Below are positions 5,183-10,876 of a DNA stretch of 10,876 nucleotides, one piece after another. The notes below the pieces were generated by a model, which had not been told where the DNA came from, ran no database searches, and saw only the letters and a program-made list of their open reading frames with translations. The stretch covers positions 1-10,876 of the forward strand of contig JADGIF010000328.1 in assembly GCA_018985225.1 (NCBI GenBank), in the 5' to 3' direction. How positions within the stretch are numbered: position 1 is the stretch's first letter; every line of letters starts with the position of its first letter. A program made the position numbers and the translations under genes. Source of the DNA: Amoeboradix gromovi X-113. Lineage: Eukaryota; Fungi; Sanchytriomycota.

Positions 5183-8061
5183 ATGTCAATCTCTGACGAA
5201 CATGTTAAACGAGAGCTGGTTAATATTCAGAAAGCTTTAAAAAACAGTAAAATCCCTAATATCCTCATCTCGCACGGCAAATCTCAGGCAGCATACCAAA
5301 AAACTTCCGCATTGCAAGTTAAATTGCTGCAGTATGAATTTCCGGATACGGTTATCTTCATTTCACATTCAGACGTTAGAATATTTGCATCTAGTAAGAA
5401 ATGTAAACTTCTAGAGGAATTTGGTAGTTGCACTATTAGGGAAAAGGATTGCAGCAACATTTCAGAGTTTCTCGATAATTTGCCCAACGATATCGGTATT
5501 TTGGCAGAACCCACTGATGATTTGATTGTTGAGAAAGTCAAGTCGTGGTTAGCTACAAAATCAGTTATTGATATGCATGACTTTGTGTCAAAGTATCTTA
5601 GTGTGAAGAATGAATCTGAAATACAACACGTGGCGAAAGCTTGCAGTGACGTAGATGAGGCCATAAAGCTGACCAAGAATGTCCTTAGCGATTTAAAGCG
5701 TAAAATAACTCACATGCAGCTTGCTAGACTAATTGAGAAACAGTTTCCGAATACTGAGTTTTGTTACATGCCCATTGTACAAACGGCTGAGTACAATCTC
5801 AAGCCATCTGCAGTTAGTAATACCTCGTTTTTAGATCAAGAGTATCCAGTAGTTCTTCAGTTAGGGATCCGTCATCAAGCATATTGCACTAATATTGCTC
5901 GGACATTTCTACCTGCCCCTACTCAGCAGCAGTCCACTATGTATGCAATTTTAATTGAGTTATTTGAGTATGCTCTTAGTAACATTGTACCTGGTAATAC
6001 GTGTAGCAGCGTTTATACTAAGTTTGTTGCATATATCCGCCAAAAGTACGAGTATTTAGAATCCAACATATTAAAGAGTTTAGGCTTCTTGTTGGGTATT
6101 GAATTTAGAGACAAGAACTATCAATTGAGATCAGATTGTGAATCCGTTATTGTTGAGAATATGGTATTTACTATCACCATGGGACTTAACAATTTACAAG
6201 ACAAGGAAATGAGATATAGCCTTTACTTAGCAGACACTATCTTAGTAGAACATTCTTCATCAAGAAGACTTACCAGCTTGCCGTTTGACCTTTCTTTTGT
6301 TACTTTAGAAATGACTAGACAGGACTTGGAAGTAGGTGCCTTGAACGGTACTCGTAAAAGAACAAGATATGGTGGTGTTCAAGAGGACGATCTTAGTAAG
6401 CAGCAAGAACGAAGAATTCATCAAAAAGAATTGTACGCCAAAGTACAAGATAGAGGGGTGAAGAGATATGCTAAATCAGACGGTACTGCAGAGCAAGAAA
6501 ACGAATTTAAAGTCAAGAAGTTTGACGCATACAGAAAGGATTATCAGTTGCCAAGAGAGACGGTAAAACACAAAATAATGGTAGATGTACGTAATGAGTG
6601 TATTTTGCTACCAATCTGCGGCCAAGTAGTACCTTTTCATATCACGACTCTGAAGAATTTATCTAAAAATGACGAAAGCGAGTATGTTTATTTAAGGTTC
6701 AACTTTATTACTCCTGGAACTGTGGCGAAGAAAGACCAAGTGCCCTATGATGATCCTAACGCTACATTTGTAAGATCTTTAACATTCAGATCTAATGATG
6801 CCGTGCGATTCAATTCAATTTATAAAGAAATTAGTGATCTTAAGAGAGCAGTTGGTAAAAAAGAGGCAGAAATGAAGGATCGAGCTGATTTAGTGGAGCA
6901 AGACAAATTGATCGAAGTTAAAGGGAGAAGGCCGCTGAGCTTAAGGGATGTCATGTGCAGACCGAAGACCGAAGGTAAGCAAGTCGCAAGCCCTTTAGAA
7001 ATTCATACAAATGGATTAAAATACAGAAATCATCTGAGATCCGACATTAGGGTGGATATATTATTTAACAACATTGAAATGATATTCTTTCAGCCCTGTG
7101 ATTATGAAAACTATGTTATTTTGCACATTTATTTGAAAAACTCAATATTGATTAACAAGAAGAAAACTGTTCATGTTCAGTTTTATCGTGAATCTACGGA
7201 CGGAAATGATGAGACCCAATTGCGTAGAAGAGGGATGTATCAAGAGGACGAGTTTGAAGAGGAAGCTAATGAGAAATTGCGTAGAAATAAATTGAACAAG
7301 GAGTTTAAACAGTTTGGAGAGAAGATTGTAGAATCGAGCGGTAATCATGTGGAAATAGATGTTCCCTATCGCGATCTTGGGTTCCACGGGGTGCCGTTTA
7401 GAACAAATGTCTTGTTACAGCCTACAAGTGATTATCTGGTTCATCTAACTGATCCTCCATTTCTTGTGATTCCAATTAACAAAGTAGAAATAGTGCACCT
7501 GGAGCGTATTCAGTTTGGGTTGAAAGCATTTGACATGGTGGTGATATATAGAGATTTTAACACGCCAATTACTCAAATCACAAGTATCCCTACTAATGAA
7601 TTAGAAGGCGTTCGCGAGTGGCTGGAGTACTCTATTTTTAATTTAGCACTTGTAATATAGCATTTACGGAAGGCCCTGTTAGTTTGAACTGGGTAGCAAT
7701 CATGAAAACAGTACGTGAGAATCCTCAAGGTTTCTTTGAAGATGGTGGATGGGAATTCTTGCAGGAAAACAGTGAAGCAAACAGTGACAGCGAGGAAAGT
7801 GGTAGTGATTTCGGGGAGCATGTTGAACAAATAGAAGCATTAGAAGAAGATATTGATTCGGATGATATCAGCAGCCAAGAGTATTCAAGTAACGCTAGTG
7901 AAAATGCAAGTGACACTGAGCACAGTGACGTGAGTGAAGAGGGGCTGGATTGGGACGAATTAGAATCAAAGGCTCGACAGGATGATGAGCGCAAAAGATT
8001 AAGAACGGGAGAGGATGAAGATGAGGAAGTTGAAGCACCTAGACGCAAAAAAAAGAAGTAA
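5183..8061 (+). CDS. SPT16: FACT complex subunit Spt16; join(5183..7626,7647..8061), 952 aa
   Basis: [16 protein letters not shown], aminopeptidase-like N-domain, [42 protein letters not shown] and [16 protein letters not shown]. After splicing: [25 protein letters not shown]...[10 protein letters not shown] plus the acidic tail. Confidence 0.97.
7627..7646 (+). other. 20-nt spliceosomal intron in SPT16
   Basis: GTACTCTATTTTTAATTTAG. Removal joins GA|C and restores the conserved WLD..I..EGP..LNW motif and the reading frame. Confidence 0.92.
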
Positions 8062-8098
8062 TAAAATAATTACAATGTTTATTGTTCTAGTCTATGAC

Positions 8099-10068
8099 TT
8101 ATTCTTTAGAGTCCAATTCATCTACATCAATGGGTATAGATAAAACGGGGTTATCAAACTGCACTTGCTCTGCATTTATCAACCTAAACGTAGACTCGAA
8201 AGCAGGATATTTACCATATGTCATTTTATGTATGCTTGTATTCCAGGTCTTCAGTGGTTCTTTGTCTAATGTTACGTTCCTGCGATGCCTTTTTCGTTTA
8301 TAGTATCTGTTCTCTCTCTCTCTTTCCTTTTCTAATGCCAGCATCTCTTCATATGTACTAATATGGTAATCAGGGTACGCTGGTATTTCTCTAAATACAT
8401 CATTTTTTATTATTGGACAGAAATAGTTTGCCAGTTCTACATCATAATCTGATATAAAACTACCATTGAAAGGGTAGCCTATGCTATTCAATGCTTTTAA
8501 ATGTTGGAAACATTGCTCTCTTATTGAATGACTAATTGCAGTTCTACGTTAGTTTGTAATTACATGAATTCACCACCTAAATGTAAATCAATAGCCAATA
8601 TTTCTGCAAATTCTTCTGGCGAGTTATCTTGATTGTACACATCCCATTCAAATTCATCTTCCAAGCTGACAAATCCAATTGTTATGTTTATTTTAATTCT
8701 TATTCTTAAATCGTTCACTGCTTTATCATCGGCATTTTCATGGGCTCTGTCTGCGCTGTTGATTCCTCGTCTGGGAGTTGTTATGTAATCTTCTATACCC
8801 GTATTTATCTGTTGTATTATTTTATCTAAAATGTCTTTGTGCATGGGATATTTAAAGTCTTCCACTAAAACATGAGCAAAGAGTGCAGGAGTGACTTCCA
8901 TACCCGTGCTTGTGTTAATATCCCACGTAAATACATCACTGATAGCTATTCCATCCATATTTATATTCAGACGTATGGGCGCCAATACTACATCACTATT
9001 AGTGGTGTTAGGTTTATTATAGATGCTAACTAATGGCATCCTGACTCTTCTACCAAAGTTCTGTCTCTCGTGAAGTCCAATCCATCTACAAGGCAAAACC
9101 CTTGAATTTCTTTTTTTATTGTAGTAGTCTTTATCTAGTAGTGTATTAACTGTAGCGCTGTATCCTACATCCTTGATATCCTTAACTATCTTTTGGGGTG
9201 ATATGTTATACTGTATTTGATGAACTTGGATGTCTTTCTGAATGTTAATATGGCGTTGCATTTGATTAGTAACTTGCAATTTTTGAGTATTGTAATATGT
9301 TTGCAACAAATTAGATCGCAGGGTTATCATAGCATCAAATTCATCCGCAAATTTGTAGTAGGCGTGCTTTCTATCTATGCTGCGGAACAGACAGACTAAC
9401 TCATCTTTTAATAAACTATGGCCTTGTTTTTTAGACTTTTTACGAATAATTGTAGGGTCGTTAGCGTCAATAGGCTGTAGCAGTTTGATACCGACCTGCC
9501 TAGCTGTTGGAATATGAGCAGGCGGATTATTTGGTTTTGGCGGCGGAATATTAGGCACCATAGGAGGCGTCTTCTTTGTATCATTAGGCTTCACGTTGAC
9601 AATGTTATTGCTGTTGGGTTGTCGAGAAAATGGCGCATTTGGGCTTGATTTTTTGTATGGTTGTTGATACTGCTGGATTTGAAACGGCATATTGTTGCGC
9701 GCTGCATACTGCTGATACATCCTTTGTTGAGACTGGTGTTGGGCAGCCAGTTGCTGCTGCTGTTGCGGAGTCAGTTGCGGCTGAGAAGGAAATTGCTGCA
9801 TTTGGGCAATTTGAGGATTAAAGTTAGGCATCATTCCGGGAACTTGCATCTGTCCACGCATCATTTGATACATCATTTGCGGATTATACCTCATTTGTTG
9901 ATTCATCATAAGTTGTTGCTGATAAAGCGCATTTTGAGATTGATTAGAGTTTTGCTGTATCTGTGGGGGTTGTTGAGAGGGCTGTAGCAATTGAGGCGAT
10001 TGAGCAGCCTGGTGAGGAGAATTTTGATTCGGTGGCTTAGAGTAATTATAATTATAATTAGGCTGCAT
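8099..10068 (-). CDS. SNF5: SWI/SNF chromatin-remodelling subunit Snf5 (SMARCB1/INI1 family); complement(join(8099..8543,8564..10068)), 649 aa
   Basis: Q/P/M-rich N-terminus. Repeat 1: LAPIRLNI..DVFTWD..TPALFA..LVED. Repeat 2: LRIRIKINI...LEDEFEWD...SPEEFAEILAIDLHLGGEFITAISHSIREQ. Charged tail EKERERENR. The Q-rich N-terminus favours Snf5 over Sfh1. Confidence 0.92.
8544..8563 (-). other. 20-nt spliceosomal intron in SNF5
   Basis: Sense sequence GTAATTACAAACTAACGTAG with a CTAAC branch site. Removal joins AT|A and gives the conserved GEFITAISHSIREQ; retention gives an in-frame TAA. Confidence 0.94.
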
Positions 10069-10290
10069 TAACTATTATTCTTTGTTTTAGCCCCCCAAAT
10101 AAAAGAAATTACAATACCCAGTAGGTTGACTGAAATATGCTAGATTGTAGCGAATATGAGAGTCCTGAACAATTGCAGAGCTACAGATTGTCTTCACTCG
10201 TGTCCACGAACAACATAGTGCAGTATCTAAATGATATAAGTTTCTATCAGGTTTCAAACAAAGATCGCATTATAAAGATTCCCAGAGTCA
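10069..10290 (-). promoter_or_regulatory. Candidate structured leader upstream of SNF5
   Basis: On the sense strand, TAGAT/ATCTA encloses CACT/AGTG and TGTAGC/GCTACA arms. Terminal hairpin TGG.TATTG..TTCTTT-[G6 loop]-AAAGAA.TAATA.TTA abuts the ATG. Confidence 0.45.
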
Positions 10291-10311
10291 TATTAAAAAC
10301 AGTTTATTTAC

Positions 10312-10785
10312 TCATTGCTCATTCCATTTCTTTTCAAAATCTACTTGCGCCAATTTGAATGCATTTTGCATGTTTCCGCCAGTGTTTAATAATTTTTGAA
10401 ATACTGATTTAAACACGGCCATTCCCATGAAATATATAAACAAATCCGTTGCTTGGTAGGGTGTTGGGTTTACCAAATTCTTTTGAAGATAAAAAAAAGG
10501 CACCTGAAAAGGCAATTCCACGACATGGCCATTTATAAAGTTATAACCAAGGAATAGGATAATGCTCGTAAATACCACTGATTTGAATTGCATTCTGCTA
10601 CTTAGGAAAGTGTAATGGCGCAAATCTTTCTCTGCAACTTTTGATTTTTTCTTTTGTTGCTCTATATTAGATATTCTCTTTTGATATAGCTTATACTCAG
10701 GAGTTCCGAACACGAAATAGTATCCTGTGCCCTCACTTAGAACACTTGTACAGAATGCGATGAACAAAGAAGTAAAGAATGTCAT
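10312..10785 (-). CDS. TMCO1: TMCO1 (DUF106 / Oxa1-superfamily ER membrane insertase component), 157 aa
   Basis: N-terminal TM FIAFCTSVLSEG..Y..VFGTPEYK matches TMCO1 (ISVCTALLAEGITWVLVYRT..YK), followed by a coiled coil, KS.F TM2, G.VV.LPF.P, and FIY...F....QKLL. Confidence 0.85.
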   Translation of the reverse strand: MTFFTSLFIAFCTSVLSEGTGYYFVFGTPEYKLYQKRISNIEQQKKKSKVAEKDLRHYTFLSSRMQFKSVVFTSIILFLGYNFINGHVVELPFQVPFFYLQKNLVNPTPYQATDLFIYFMGMAVFKSVFQKLLNTGGNMQNAFKLAQVDFEKKWNEQ

Positions 10786-10791
10786 GGAGAT

Positions 10792-10874
10792 TTGGGACGC
10801 ACTCTATGATTTCTAGACTAGGGGCAAATGTAGTAGAAATACATAGGTCCAATATCATGTCACTATGCAGCGAC
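10792..10874 (-). promoter_or_regulatory. Structured leader element upstream of TMCO1, apparent homolog of 8-121; may extend beyond the window end
   Basis: Sense: GTCGCT-gcat-AGTGAC, a 6-nt linker, then GGAC/GTCC, CTATG/CATAG, ATTTCT/AGAAAT and ACTA/TAGT. It ends AGAGTGCGTCCCAA just before the ATG. Confidence 0.7.
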
Positions 10875-10876
10875 CC

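Noticed and set aside
975-10068. Functional cluster of chromatin genes (RTT109, SPT16, SNF5), plus pairs of mitoribosomal and ER genes
   Set aside because: They are interspersed with unrelated genes, which is expected by chance in a housekeeping-dense compact genome without synteny evidence.
10260-10292. AGATCGCAT...AAAGATT similarity to U5 snRNA
   Set aside because: The invariant loop I GCCTTTTAC is missing.
629-10358. Remaining short ORFs in the track (629-847, 1712-1936, 2252-2455, 2900-3163, 3274-3519, 4017-4205, 5284-5676, 7142-7387, 7573-7830, 7725-8048, 8094-8303, 9217-9987, 10137-10358)
   Set aside because: They are antisense shadows of real genes or short spacer ORFs, with no recognisable protein features.
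132-10785. No gene ends in TAG, suggesting stop-codon reassignment
   Set aside because: No in-frame TAG or TAA occurs in any spliced CDS, and ten stops are too few to infer anything. The standard code fits.

Overview
This is eukaryotic, AT-rich and extremely gene-dense DNA, most likely from an early-diverging fungus (inference: it carries the largely fungal RTT109, retains TMCO1 and has nuclear mitoribosomal genes). Ten protein-coding genes are supported: mitochondrial uS14, OST5/TMEM258, a 79-aa orphan, a minimal Rtt109, a 430-aa orphan, a classical protein tyrosine phosphatase, mitochondrial uS12, SPT16, SNF5 and TMCO1. SPT16 and SNF5 each contain a 20-nt GT-AG intron with a candidate branch A at -6. 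Most intergenic gaps are only 10-37 nt. The few long spacers (1-131, 3889-4314, 4711-5182, 10069-10311, 10786-end) are packed with stem-loops whose G-U pairs mostly fit the mRNA-sense strand. Each ends in a hairpin that opens with TGG and closes (CCA or a G-U variant) 0-11 nt before the start codon. The elements in front of uS14m and TMCO1 appear homologous, with compensatory base changes. This candidate family of structured 5'-leader elements is the most interesting signal. All pairings were found by eye and no folding or database search was run.
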